From Spirochaetota bacterium (GTDB lineage Bacteria > Spirochaetota > UBA4802 > UBA5550): DNA of 64,000 bases. This document shows positions 1 to 10,412 of this stretch, in pieces; the first letter of the stretch is position 1, and every line of letters begins with the position of its first letter. The DNA lies in the NCBI GenBank assembly GCA_963664815.2, contig CAXXHB010000003.1, positions 3,680,001-3,744,000 on the forward strand, given 5' to 3'. Under the pieces are notes generated by a model that saw nothing but the letters and a program-made list of their open reading frames with translations, had not been told where the DNA came from and searched no databases. The position numbers and the translations under genes were made by a program.

Positions 1-547
1 CAGGAATTTTACTGTTGAAGAGAAAGATAAAGTATATGTGTCAGATATAACCTATATCTGGACATTAGAAGGCTGGCTGTATTTATGTATAGTAATGGAT
101 TTATTTTCCAGAATGATAGTCGGATGGTCAATGGCAAATCATATGAGAGCTGAACTTGTTGAAGATGCTTTTAACATGGCCTGTATGAGAAGAAATCCGG
201 GCCCTGGCCTGATATTCCATTCTGATAGAGGTAAACAATATGCCAGCAAATCCTTCAGGGAATTACTTGAATCAAAGAAATGTATTCAGAGTATGAGCAG
301 GAATGGCAATTGCTGGGATAATGCCTGTGCTGAATCTTTATTTCATTCGATGAAAACAGAAGAATTTTATTTTAATATTTACAAAACAAGGAATGAGGCT
401 AAGAGAAGTATCTTTAGATATATTGAAATATTTTATAACCGTAAAAGAAGGCATTCACATCTGGGTTATAAAAGTCCGGAGATTTTTGAAAGATTAAATC
501 TTAAAATAATGGCTTAACAAAGTGTCCATTTTTTCGGGGGAACATCA
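1..547 (+). mobile_element. IS3-family element, 3' part (OrfB DDE transposase C-terminus, ORF 38..517, plus right terminal IR)
   Basis: Protein has W..DITYI, HSDRGKQY, GNCWDNACAES and YNRKRRHSHLGYKSP motifs typical of IS3 OrfB; gtgtccattttttcgggggaacatca (522-547) ends in CA like IS3 IRR. Confidence 0.9.
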
Positions 548-960
548 TTCCTTTAGGATAAATATACAGAATTTATAATATTAATCTTCAAAGAGATCAG
601 TTGCCATCATTCTTTTCAATCTATCCACAATTACAAACGATACAGCAATTCCCTGAATATCATGCAGTTTGGAATAAACCCGGTATTGTTTAAGCATTTG
701 ACACCCATTAATTCGAATAGAACGAATTATACGTCTTTTGCATCGACTAATGAATTATAAACTCTTTCCTTCTTAATAATTTTATAAATTTAGCTTCACC
801 CGTTTCCATTTTTTAATTTCAGTCGTTCTGAGCGATTAAACGCCAAGATCTATCTCTCGCTGATTTCACTCCAACATCGCATAAAGAATCCCGATTACAC
901 CAACTTAATAATTAATTGAATGTTCATTGAATTTTTTTGTCATATATATATGTTTTTTAG

Positions 961-1018
961 TTGACAATAATTATTTTTAACTAAACATTCAATTAATTTT
1001 CATTGAATGTTTAGTTAA
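961..1018 (+). promoter_or_regulatory. Putative -35 (TTGACA) followed by an inverted operator pair upstream of the CoA-transferase gene
   Basis: TTGACA at 961-966; perfect 17-bp inverted repeat ttaactaaacattcaat (977-993) / attgaatgtttagttaa (1002-1018); related half-site at 910-931. Confidence 0.55.
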
Positions 1019-1151
1019 TTTTTTTATTAAAATAATTATTTTAATACCAAGAATCATAATGGTTATATAAAACACATTTTTTATCTTAAATCCACAGTTG
1101 AACTACAGCTAAGTTTATTATTTTATCAAATATAATATATGAGGTGATGAG

Positions 1152-3326
1152 ATGAATGGTACTACAGGAGTTATAACTAATGATCTTGAGAAGACAGTTG
1201 ATAAGGTTATCGAGCATGTCGGAAAAGACATCACGTTAGGAATGACCATCGGATTGGGGAAACCAAACTTATTTGCAAATGCGATGTATAGGAGAGCGAA
1301 GAATGACCCATCAATAAGTCTTAAATTAATATCTTCGCTAACGCCTGAACGCCCATCAATGAAATCTGAACTTGAGAAAAGATTGGCCGGTCCCATTGTG
1401 GAGAGAATTTTCTCGGGCACACCGGAATTTGAATATATGATTGACCTGCGTGCAGGTAAACTTCCTCAAAATATTGAATTATATGAATTTTACAGCCAGG
1501 CGGGTACTTACCTTAATGTATCACATGCGCAGCAGAATCACGTGTGTTCGAATTTTACCAATATAGTCCGCGATTGTAATCTAAGAGGCATGAATGTTTT
1601 TGCTCAGGTAATTACAAGCAAGGAAGAAAACGGCATTAAAGAATATTCAATGGGTTCTAACGCAGATATCTGCATAGGCGGCATTGAATCTCTGGATCTG
1701 GCCAGGTCTCAGGGGTATAATGTAGCAAAGATTGCAGAAGTTAACGAAAATATGCCATTCATGTACGGTGATGCCGTCCGTAAAGCTGACGATTATGATT
1801 TCCTGCTGTGCGGCCCGCAATTCAATTATCCCCTTTTCGCACCACCGAAAGAGTCCGTTGATTCAACAGATTATATGATCGGTCTGAATGTAAGCACCCT
1901 TGTTAAAGATGGGGGAACACTTCAGGTTGGCATAGGAGCGCTTGGTGATTCTATTGTTGCCGCACTCGAAATGAGACATTTAAATAACGATATCTATAAA
2001 AACGTTATAAATGAAATGGGAGTTTCTCAAAGATATGGACATCTGATAAACAAATTTGGCGGTATAGATCCTTTTGAACTAGGGCTCTATGGAGAATCAG
2101 AAATGTTTGTCGATGCATTTATGCATCTATATCAAAAAAAGATCATTAAGCGCAAAGTTTTTGACAACGTCGCAATTATGAAATTAATAAATGAAGGGAA
2201 ACTTTCTGCAGATACAATTCCGGAGAATATACTGGAACTTCTTCAAGAAAAAAAAGCCATCCATAAAAAGCTTAGATTAAAAGACTTTCTCATGCTGACT
2301 GAGTTCGGAATACTAAAGGACGGACTTAGATATAGTGATTATTCTATATACGATGGTAATACTAATTACTCAACAAATCTGAATGATAAAAACAATCTTG
2401 ATCAAATTAAGAATATTCTAGGAACGAAACTGAAAAACGGGAAGTTGGTACTTGCGGCATTTTATCTTGGCCCAAAATCATTTTATGATGCACTGAATAA
2501 CATGGATGAAGAAGAAAGATCCCAGTTTGCCATGTCTGGAGTTGAAAAAGTTAATCAGCTATATGGTGATGAAGAACTGAGAACCCTTCAAAGAAAAGAT
2601 GGACGCTTTATTAACACGGGTATGATAGCTACTGTTTTAGGTTCCGTTGCTTCTGACCAGCTTGAAGATGGCAGAGTTATCAGCGGTATTGGTGGACAAT
2701 ATAACTTTGTAACAATGGCTCATGCACTGCCTGATGCAAAATCCATCTTAATGATAAAAAGCACTAAAGGTTTCGGCAAATCACTAAGATCAAACATTGT
2801 GTATAATTATGGGCATTGTTCAATTCCTAAACATTTAAGGGATATTATTGTAACCGAGTATGGGATTGCCGATCTAAGGGGTAAATCGGATAAAGAAACT
2901 ATCATGGAGATGATAAATATTGCTGATTCAAGATTCCAGAAGCAACTCGTCGAACAGGCCAAGAAGATGGGCAAACTGCCCACTGATTATCAGATACCCA
3001 ATCAATATCGAAATAATACACCGGAAAAAATTAACAACCTCGTTAAAAAATATCAGCCGCAGGGTTTATTTAATCCTTTCCCATTTGGCTCGGATTTATC
3101 ACCTGTTGAGCTCATGTTAGGTAATTCCCTTAATAAACTGAAAAACGCCATGGCGGACAGCCCTTTAAAAATGCTGGGGAAATTGTTGATTGAGTTTTTC
3201 AGGTCAGATTCAGATAAAGCATTACCATTTCTTAAGAGAATGAAGCTTGATCATGTATCTGGATTAAAGTTAAAAAGTTTACAGAAAATGGTTATGCTTG
3301 CCCTGAGAAATAGCAAATATATATAG
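1152..3326 (+). CDS. Long acetyl-CoA hydrolase/CoA-transferase family protein
   Basis: GGTLQVGIGALGD, EMFVD, SGIGGQYNF and DIIVTEYGIADLRGK motifs. Confidence 0.85.
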   Translation: MNGTTGVITNDLEKTVDKVIEHVGKDITLGMTIGLGKPNLFANAMYRRAKNDPSISLKLISSLTPERPSMKSELEKRLAGPIVERIFSGTPEFEYMIDLRAGKLPQNIELYEFYSQAGTYLNVSHAQQNHVCSNFTNIVRDCNLRGMNVFAQVITSKEENGIKEYSMGSNADICIGGIESLDLARSQGYNVAKIAEVNENMPFMYGDAVRKADDYDFLLCGPQFNYPLFAPPKESVDSTDYMIGLNVSTLVKDGGTLQVGIGALGDSIVAALEMRHLNNDIYKNVINEMGVSQRYGHLINKFGGIDPFELGLYGESEMFVDAFMHLYQKKIIKRKVFDNVAIMKLINEGKLSADTIPENILELLQEKKAIHKKLRLKDFLMLTEFGILKDGLRYSDYSIYDGNTNYSTNLNDKNNLDQIKNILGTKLKNGKLVLAAFYLGPKSFYDALNNMDEEERSQFAMSGVEKVNQLYGDEELRTLQRKDGRFINTGMIATVLGSVASDQLEDGRVISGIGGQYNFVTMAHALPDAKSILMIKSTKGFGKSLRSNIVYNYGHCSIPKHLRDIIVTEYGIADLRGKSDKETIMEMINIADSRFQKQLVEQAKKMGKLPTDYQIPNQYRNNTPEKINNLVKKYQPQGLFNPFPFGSDLSPVELMLGNSLNKLKNAMADSPLKMLGKLLIEFFRSDSDKALPFLKRMKLDHVSGLKLKSLQKMVMLALRNSKYI

Positions 3327-3426
3327 AAGATGATGAATTTCGGGAAAACAATGAGTATCTGGCGGATATAATTAAATATTCTCCAGATACCAGAAATAAG
3401 CAGCTAGCGAGTACAGAATATACGAG

Positions 3427-3711
3427 CTAATCTTTGTAATAATTATTATTTTTTTTCCAATACCACCACTTTGACTTATTAACATCATGTTCTGATTTCG
3501 ATATTGTTGCATAATATACAGCACAACGAAAAACATATAAAAGACATCTATTCAGGACAGGGCCATAATATTTACTCGATAGATTTTCCGGGTTATGATT
3601 CTTTATTTCCTCAATGTTTCCAATACTAATGTTCCATAAATCGTTTACAATTGATTTACCAACGCCCGGAACTGTCGATAATTCTTTTATTGACTATTCT
3701 TTATTCACCAT
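3427..3711 (-). pseudogene. Helix-hairpin-helix Cdd1/'pathogenicity locus'-type small protein with an early TAG stop
   Basis: Manual translation MVNKE*SIKELSTVPGVGKSIVNDLW...NRCLLYVFRCAVYYA...KWWYWKK. Confidence 0.6.
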
Positions 3712-3812
3712 AATTTTAAATTGTCATTTTGATCAAATTCCCAATATGGGTTAAATGCTACTTCAAATATATGCCCGTCAAAATCTTTAAAATAACCGCT
3801 ATAACCACCCTG
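3712..3812 (-). pseudogene. VOC/glyoxalase family C-terminal fragment
   Basis: Manual translation GGYSGYFKDFDGHIFEVAFNPYWEFD; the 5' part is replaced by an IS-like end. Confidence 0.55.
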
Positions 3813-4130
3813 TGCAACCCGACGACATCGGTAACACTCTACTGTGCCTTTGTACCATATGTTTTATAAATAATCAAGCCGGTTATTTTATCCAGTATGT
3901 CTATCAAGAAAATCATCAAACCGGATTTCCAGTTCACCCTTGTTTTTTTATGCCCACATTATAACCGGCAAAGGGATTGCCTGCGAATAACTTCTAACTC
4001 ATGTTCAGCAAGATAAAGGAGTATAAACATTTCCAGAGATTCTATCACCGTGGGAACCGGAAAAGGTTAACACAATCCGGGCTCTTATCTGTATTGCTCA
4101 TAATTTCCGTAATCTCGCCCGGCTGGAGTA
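3811..4130 (-). mobile_element. Degenerate IS remnant, possibly IS481-like
   Basis: tgtgcaacccgacgacatcggtaacac resembles an IS481-type end and truncates the VOC gene; decayed coding fragments (GNPFAGYNVGIK) follow. Confidence 0.3.
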
Positions 4131-4346
4131 CGGATTATAATTGTATAAGTTAAAATATTCCGAAGATACACGATCTTCGGAATACAGACAGTGATGTAAA
4201 AATAAAATCAGAGGATATTCAGTCGATCTTATTTTAGACTACTCATTTTTTTTAATAAGTTACTTTTACGACAGACTCCTTTCTTGTACGCCGTTTTATA
4301 AAATAATGAGTTTTTTCTAAAGAATATAAAAATGCTGCATTATCAC

Positions 4347-4916
4347 CTACAAACCCATACTCAATGATTGGCTAACATTTTGAGCAAGGAACAATAATTC
4401 TTTATTTTCACTAGCTGGAGTACTCCGTGTTCCTGCAGCAATCAGCAGATCGATTACATTGAATTCCAATTTCTGAAACATAGCTTTTGTATAATCGTAG
4501 TAGAGTTTAAAAAGAGTTTTGTCGGGATTTCCCTGGGTAAAAACGATAGCTAGCTTTTTGCCAGCATTTTCTTCTTTAAAATTTGGAGCGAATCGGGGAT
4601 GAAATTCTGCATACAATCTATCTACGAAAATTTTTGTCTGTCCGCTCATCTGTCCCATATAGACAGGTGATCCTACAACCATAGCATCTGAGATTGAAAT
4701 GGAGGAATACAGTTTCTGCATGTCATCATTGACAATACAGTGTTCATCTCCCTTTTGGCATGCATTGCAGCCTCTGCAAGGATTGATTGTTAAATCGCTG
4801 GAATGCCATATTTCTGTTTCGGCGCCATGTTTTTTTGCCTCTTCCAGTATTTTACTGATCAGCCAGGCTGTATTACCATTCTTGTGAGGACTACCGTTAA
4901 ATCCTATAATCTTCAT
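4347..4916 (-). CDS. Iron-sulfur flavoprotein / NADPH-dependent FMN reductase (flavodoxin-like)
   Basis: GSPHKNGNT, CRGCNAC...C..NDDM and GSPVY motifs; start chosen at MKIIG after a ggaga RBS. Confidence 0.85.
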   Translation of the reverse strand: MKIIGFNGSPHKNGNTAWLISKILEEAKKHGAETEIWHSSDLTINPCRGCNACQKGDEHCIVNDDMQKLYSSISISDAMVVGSPVYMGQMSGQTKIFVDRLYAEFHPRFAPNFKEENAGKKLAIVFTQGNPDKTLFKLYYDYTKAMFQKLEFNVIDLLIAAGTRSTPASENKELLFLAQNVSQSLSMGL

Positions 4917-5273
4917 TATTTCTCCTTGGGTATAGTATAATTCACATACCTTCATAATTAAGTATTAGGAAATGTTCTGGTTTTTCGAGAAGAATAGGAA
5001 AGAATTTCTCTGCACACGTTTTTGAAGTGAAACGGTGGTATCTGCCATTGGTGGGTAACCACCAGATTTCCGACTTTTATAGTCTCCTATTTTTGAAGAT
5101 GAACTTGTCAACATTTTTTTAGAAAACATACTTTATGTCTTCTAGATTTGTCAGGTATATAGCACGTATTTTTATCTAATATGACCGTTTCAATCAATCT
5201 GATTGGCAGTCGTTATACTATAAGTGTTTTACCTTTGAGGCATGGATGCCATAAAGGTCACAAATAATTCACA

Positions 5274-6260
5274 TTATATTAAATCTAATTTTTTTAACAT
5301 AAATAACGGTGCAAGCAATGAATAAAAAATATATACTAAACCCACAAATGTTTCTGGGAAATCATAAAAATTTATTCTTCTTAACCATGAAATCTTTTTT
5401 TTCTTTTCATTATTAAAACTCTGCATTGACAAATGAGTTTGTTGATAAAGAATAAAAGCTTTAATTTTTCCATAATTTGAATAAGATGAATTAATAATTA
5501 CAGGGAGCCAACGTCTTCTATATAATTTTAAAATTGAAACTTTACTTCCAGGAACGGGTTTACAATGTCTTATCTCTGTAATTTTTTCCCATTCTATTTT
5601 TCTTTTGATTAACAAGCGCCATTGTATGCAGTACTTTGAAGTGATAGTTATCTTTTCATAAAAAATGACTCTGGCTAGAAAAAAATATAATATAACAGGA
5701 TGTATCATAATTAAAATTGGTTTTATTTGAAATGAATAGTTTTCCCATCCAACATTTTTCGTGTATACTATAAGCATAATTATTACAATAGAAATATAGG
5801 TCGAAAAAAACGGCATAAGTCTTTTTCCTGTATAATTCCCAGTAATACCATAGCGTAGAATATTCTGTATGTCATCTTTGAAAGGTTCATCCGGATATTT
5901 ATTTTCAACATTTCCCCAGATATCATATCCGGGAACTGGTCCATTCCATAAATTATATGGTAATTGAAAAATTTTATTCACTCTTTTTGATTTTTTAAAA
6001 AATAAGATTACAATTCCAATAGAAATAATCATTACAATTATTTTACTATATATCTCAAATGAACCGAAACCGATATATTCTTGAATCTGCTTATCGATCC
6101 TGTATTCAATACTTCCGCTATAAAATACCAGCTCAAGAAAATCATATATACAATAATAAGTAATAATTATTGCCATCAAGAATGGAATACATATTAAACA
6201 AATAGAAATCAATTTAAAACTAAAATTTTTTATTACCTGTTTCAGACCCCACCTCTGCAA
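5274..6260 (-). CDS. Hypothetical multi-pass membrane protein (very AT-rich)
   Basis: 328-aa ORF with several hydrophobic segments and an I.W..I..I bacterial-PH-like stretch. Confidence 0.55.
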   Translation of the reverse strand: MQRWGLKQVIKNFSFKLISICLICIPFLMAIIITYYCIYDFLELVFYSGSIEYRIDKQIQEYIGFGSFEIYSKIIVMIISIGIVILFFKKSKRVNKIFQLPYNLWNGPVPGYDIWGNVENKYPDEPFKDDIQNILRYGITGNYTGKRLMPFFSTYISIVIIMLIVYTKNVGWENYSFQIKPILIMIHPVILYFFLARVIFYEKITITSKYCIQWRLLIKRKIEWEKITEIRHCKPVPGSKVSILKLYRRRWLPVIINSSYSNYGKIKAFILYQQTHLSMQSFNNEKKKKISWLRRINFYDFPETFVGLVYIFYSLLAPLFMLKKLDLI

Positions 6261-6343
6261 TTTTTTACATACTTAAAAATATTTCACATCATCATATTTT
6301 GCTTTTCTTCCGGCATGAATGCCGGATTTCTTAATTTTGCTTT

Positions 6344-6742
6344 GTCTGGCAGGTCCGGGAGCTCGCAACCCCCTTTCCCCCATAAGAACCTTACGTGAAA
6401 GTTTCTACAACGGGTACTTACTGCGTCCGCCTTCAAACGGCTCAATCCGTCTGAAGCTGATTATACTACCAGCCGCTGTTATCTGCTTTATTCCCATTTT
6501 TCTATAATAGAAATAATCAGAATCTTCTTTTAAAAATGGGTTCCTGTCAAGACTTATCATTCTGTGCCGTACAATTTTAATGTGTCCCGCAGTAATGAGA
6601 ATCTCCTCATCAGAGCAGAAAGTTTAAGTACCGGTTTTTAAGCCATAAAGAATTTTTCATCGGGTGTCTGAATCTGCCCCATCTCCATAGAGCCTGAAAA
6701 AGAACAGTATCGAGTTTTTTAAAGGCTTCTTTTAAAACCATT
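6344..6742 (-). mobile_element. Group II intron 3' remnant (decayed maturase tail, domains V-VI), copy 1
   Basis: Minus strand gagccgtttgaagg..gaaactttcacgtaaggttc (DV) and DVI ending ...acctgccagac; homologous to 11791-12212 with an internal deletion. Confidence 0.8.
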
Positions 6743-6745
6743 CCA

Positions 6746-7001
6746 CGGAGTTTTTGAAATTTTGCATAAAATCGCCATTCACAGTCTATCAGATAACTGT
6801 AGAAATAATTATTTTACGGGATTATTATTTTTTCCGGTAAGATCATCGGATTATTATTGAATGTTATTACAAAGACCGGGAGAAAATGGGATTCAATTCC
6901 TATATATACTGTTCGATCTTAATAGCCCCTTCAAGTATTACCGGATCTGAATCTGATTCAATTCCTATATATACTGTTCGATCCCAGTGGTTTCGTCCAA
7001 C
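6746..7001 (+). mobile_element. Noncoding 3' end of IS91-like element B (oriIS-like motif), copy 1
   Basis: Homologous to 10220-10412, which follows an IS91-type transposase C-terminus; attcaattcctatatatac motif is duplicated here (6890-6918 and 6955-6983). Confidence 0.6.
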
Positions 7002-7119
7002 AGAGTCTTAACATAGTTGTTGTCTGAAGATTGAAATTATCTGTTCAATGTTTTTATACCGCTAATAAAGATTAGCGGTTTTTTTGAGGCAACTACGTTA
7101 AGACTTCTATAAGTTATGC
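6995..7119 (+). repeat. attC-like site type B, copy 1
   Basis: GTCCAAC...GTTATGC with arms agtcttaacatagttg / caactacgttaagact and an inner hairpin accgctaat...attagcggt; three near-identical copies in the window. Confidence 0.7.
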
Positions 7120-7146
7120 GAAGGTCTGCCCCCGGTTTTCAATAGC

Positions 7147-7479
7147 TTAATTTCTGATTAATCTTTTTAAGATTATATCTTCGAAATTTCTTCTAGAGTC
7201 AATCATTGAAAGAATATATACTTTTTGTTCTTCTATTCTATAAACTATTCGCCATGGAGTTATAATCAGTTCTCGATAATTACTAATATTATGAAAATCA
7301 AGCTCAGGAACAGTTCTTCCTCGTTCAGGAAAATTTTCTAATTTGATTGTTTGCTTTTTGATTTTTTCAAATATTTCTGCGGCTGTATTCAGACTATCTA
7401 ATGAAATATATTCAATTATTTCAATAAGATCATCTTGTGCAATTTTTGTCCAATATACTGTATATTTTTTTGATGTCAT
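7147..7479 (-). CDS. RelE/ParE family toxin, copy 1
   Basis: YTVYWT..AQDDL..I..YI, LENFPERGR, YRELI..WRIVYRI motifs; directly downstream of the antitoxin. Confidence 0.9.
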   Translation of the reverse strand: MTSKKYTVYWTKIAQDDLIEIIEYISLDSLNTAAEIFEKIKKQTIKLENFPERGRTVPELDFHNISNYRELIITPWRIVYRIEEQKVYILSMIDSRRNFEDIILKRLIRN

Positions 7480-7483
7480 ATTC

Positions 7484-7762
7484 TTATCTTTTTTTTAGAA
7501 TTTTATCTTCGATTGCAGAAAAGAATGAATTCTGCTCTGTGAATTTTCCATTTTTTACATCGTTTTCTCCCATGGAAATTAGTTTTAAAATCCCTATCGC
7601 GTTTTGCATTGAATCATAACTTTCTGTATCCATTAATACAGCTTTTGCTTCCCCATTTTGAGTTATGATAATTGGACGATGAGTTTCGTTAACTTGATCA
7701 AGCATGTTTGCAGCATTTGCTTTTACGAAAGAAATGGGGCGTATATCTTGTTTGGTATTCAT
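7484..7762 (-). CDS. Phd/YefM family antitoxin, copy 1
   Basis: IRPIS.VK.NAA.ML.QV.ET.RPIIITQNGEAKAVL motif. Confidence 0.9.
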   Translation of the reverse strand: MNTKQDIRPISFVKANAANMLDQVNETHRPIIITQNGEAKAVLMDTESYDSMQNAIGILKLISMGENDVKNGKFTEQNSFFSAIEDKILKKR

Positions 7763-7861
7763 TTTTTTATCCTCTATGGTGTTTCTATTGATCTAAATAT
7801 GGTACTAAATTAAGTTTTAAAGGTCAAGAATAATTTTCTAAAACGACGGGGGCAGACTTTC

Positions 7862-7924
7862 GCATAACGTTAAGAAGAGTATCTTAATCAATCTTCTCCG
7901 ATTGAGATACTCTTCAAGTTGGCC
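7862..7924 (-). repeat. attC-like site type A, copy 1
   Basis: Minus strand GGCCAAC-ttgaagagtatctcaatc...gattgattaagatactcttc-ttaac-GTTATGC; three copies in the window. Confidence 0.7.
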
Positions 7925-7940
7925 GGCTTTTTTATAACAT

Positions 7941-8025
7941 CACTTCGACGCCGCTCATTTCGACATACTCAATACAAGCAGTGCATCGCCTGTTATATGC
8001 CGGCAGGTGGTCACTGAGCCTGCCG
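7941..8025. repeat. REP/REPIN-like inverted doublet, interrupted by IS110
   Basis: cacttcgacgccgctca...gtgcatcgcctg pairs with caggtggtcactgagcctgcCG|aagtg, whose last bases resume at 9429 after the IS. Confidence 0.55.
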
Positions 8026-8068
8026 TCTATGATGAAAATCAACACTTTTTAAAAATATTTATAAAAAA

Positions 8069-9154
8069 TCATGCAGCTAATGCTGACTCATATTGTTTCA
8101 GCTTTGCAGCATGGTTTTTTTCATCAGTATAGTAATACATTTTATTCTCTTTCAGCATATTATAAATGATAACGATGATCTTGCGCATTACTGCAACACG
8201 AACCTTTCCGGCATTCTTACCTTTCCTTTTTTCAAAATAAAACTTATGAAGCCTGTCACTTGAATCAATGAAATGCTTTATACTCTCTGTCATTAAACTG
8301 GCAGTCAATGTCCTTGACTGTTTATTCACCTTACCGACATGTGCTGTGTTCCCTGATGCATCTATTCGGGGAGCCGTTCTTAAATACGAGCATAGTTTTT
8401 TAGCACTGGGAAATCTGTTAATATCTGCAATATCTGACATTATTGCAATAGCAAGAAAAGGGCTTATCCCGCGAATACTTGTCAGAATCCGTATCTCTCT
8501 GTAAAATATCTTCCCTTTCTTCAGAATTGCTTTCTTTATATTCTCTTTTTCATTTTCAAGAGAATTGAGCGTTGATAGCAGAATATTGATTTGAACTGAA
8601 AATACCTCACTGACAGGCAGACTCCTGATCCTGTCCTGTATGTGGTTGTATGAAAGATTTTCCTTTGAAAATCCGAAAATACCATTCTGACGGAAAAGTG
8701 ACCTGATACGATTCTTTGTCATACATGCCTGTTTCTTGAGCATCTCATACGTTACAAACATGCTTCTCAACTCGCTAACTTCTTTTGACGGAATGTAGAT
8801 TGTCGGAAATTCATCCGATGATTTATCATAGCATACATAATATTTCAATTTCTTTGCCAGTTTAATGGCATCAATCTTATCAGTCTTCTTCCTGGAATTC
8901 GATATTATTGAAAACTTGTAAGGATCTACAACATAGACCTCCTTTACATATTCTTTAACCTGTTCCACAAACCAGAATGTATTGGTTGATGCCTCAACGA
9001 CTATATAATCCTCAATCATCAGTTTACTTAAAAATCTCTTAAATGCTTCTGTTTTTAAACTGACTGTTTCCATTGTCAGTTCGTCCGTTTTTTCCCCTAA
9101 AACTGCTGCTTTAAAACTATCTGTGTGAAGATCTATCCCATAAAACATTGACAA
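8069..9154 (-). CDS. IS110 family DEDD transposase/recombinase
   Basis: YGIDLH, VVEAS, KTDKIDA and DINRFPSAKKLCSY...DASG motifs. Confidence 0.92.
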   Translation of the reverse strand: MSMFYGIDLHTDSFKAAVLGEKTDELTMETVSLKTEAFKRFLSKLMIEDYIVVEASTNTFWFVEQVKEYVKEVYVVDPYKFSIISNSRKKTDKIDAIKLAKKLKYYVCYDKSSDEFPTIYIPSKEVSELRSMFVTYEMLKKQACMTKNRIRSLFRQNGIFGFSKENLSYNHIQDRIRSLPVSEVFSVQINILLSTLNSLENEKENIKKAILKKGKIFYREIRILTSIRGISPFLAIAIMSDIADINRFPSAKKLCSYLRTAPRIDASGNTAHVGKVNKQSRTLTASLMTESIKHFIDSSDRLHKFYFEKRKGKNAGKVRVAVMRKIIVIIYNMLKENKMYYYTDEKNHAAKLKQYESALAA

Positions 9155-9405
9155 TCAATCCCCCTTATGATATTTTTGATACTCAAGACCAACTTGACGG
9201 GTTAAATGAATGGTCCACTCGTCTATTCGGGTTTCAGGGAGAATATCCCGTTCCCATTCTTTTGGTCAGGAAGGAGGCTGGACTAAACGAAGCAACGGGC
9301 TTTTTGTAATGTCACTTACAGATATCCCAGGCAAGCTCTCAGCCTCCTTCTCTTCTTGAATATCTAAGAAGAGAATTTACCTCATTCCTGCAACCGTCAA
9401 GATTT
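9155..9405 (-). ncRNA. Putative bridge-RNA-like noncoding region of IS110
   Basis: Two stem-bounded loops (9208-9259 and 9270-9350) contain short matches to the donor junction and to the REP target. Confidence 0.5.
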
Positions 9406-9451
9406 TGTTGATTGTCATCATAAAAACGAAGTGCAAACGTCATGTTTGCTC

Positions 9452-9957
9452 GACAGAACCGCCTGAGCAACAGCCCGATATAATATTAATGGATTTTAAA
9501 TTACCGGATTTATAATTGCAAGAATAATTCGTATGTAGAAATTTGAATAAATAAACAATTGCATCTTTATAACAACCAATATATCTGCTTTTAAAACACT
9601 GTTAAACGGCATTCCCAAGAATAAATTATCATTATTTCTCAGTTATCAGAATAAAAGTATCCCTTCATGGTCTTTTTATCGTTACCATAATCATAAGATA
9701 TTAATATGCAGATAATAATCTACAACCGCTCTGGTTCGCCGGAGGTGAACGATACCTCACCGGTTCAGGAATCTCTTTTACAATAAGCCTTCCGGTTTTG
9801 CATGTAGGGCAGCATGAAAGATTTTTACCTGTGACGCGCAGATAGATTTCACTCCATGTCTGCGGTATACTTTCATTATTCTTTTGAATTTCGTAAAACT
9901 CGCGGCATGCCTCAACAGCCTTCTTTTTATTCCGGTGAGAGAGAATTCCGAAGTACC
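9452..9957 (-). mobile_element. 3' remnant of IS91-like element A (transposase C-terminus plus noncoding end)
   Basis: Near-identical to ~15141-15640; translation YFGILSHRNKKK...CCPTCKTG...YRSPP. Confidence 0.85.
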
Positions 9958-10412
9958 AACAGGGCAAACAGTCCTACCCTTTGCCTGATGTTTCCCGGTC
10001 AGCCCCTGGCGGAGCAGGATGAGCTGAGCAAAGAGCTTCCTGAGGATACAGCTTCCCTGTTCTGGAAATATTTCAGGATTGATATAACTCTCTGCAGGGA
10101 GTGCGAAAAGGGACACATTCATTATATCCATGGCCAGTCGACTTACGGTTAGCTGTTATAAAGAGTATAGCTGTACTTCACAGATTTAAAAAACTGTTTC
10201 ATAGAGAGGATAAGTATGCCCGGAGCTTTTAAAATTTTGCATAAAATCGCCATTCACAGTCTATCAGATAACTGTAGAAATAATTATTTTACGAGTTTAT
10301 TATTTTTTCCGGTAAAATCACCGGATTTTTACTGTATGTTATTTCAAAGATCGGGATAAAACGGTATTCAAATTCCTATATATACTGTTCGATCCCAGTG
10401 GTTTCGTCCAAC
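9958..10412 (+). mobile_element. 3' remnant of a different IS91-like element B, fused back-to-back with the A remnant
   Basis: LFWKYFRIDITLCRECEKG C-terminal CxxC tail (stop at 10152), then attcaaattcctata oriIS-like motif and terminal GTCCAAC. Confidence 0.6.

Larger units (their letters stand above)
8024..9428 (-). mobile_element. Complete IS110-family element
   Basis: CG core at both ends (8024-8025, 9427-9428); subterminal IR tatgatgaaaatcaaca (8028-8044) / tgttgattgtcatcata (9406-9422), 16/17 match; removing it restores the REP. Confidence 0.8.

Noticed and set aside
5030-5075. ggtggt...accacc hairpin upstream of the flavoprotein gene as a riboswitch or IS end
   Set aside because: No recognisable family motif and only a single copy
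5204-6343. 328-aa membrane gene as an additional cassette
   Set aside because: No convincing complementary GTT/AAC ends or attC hairpin were found around it
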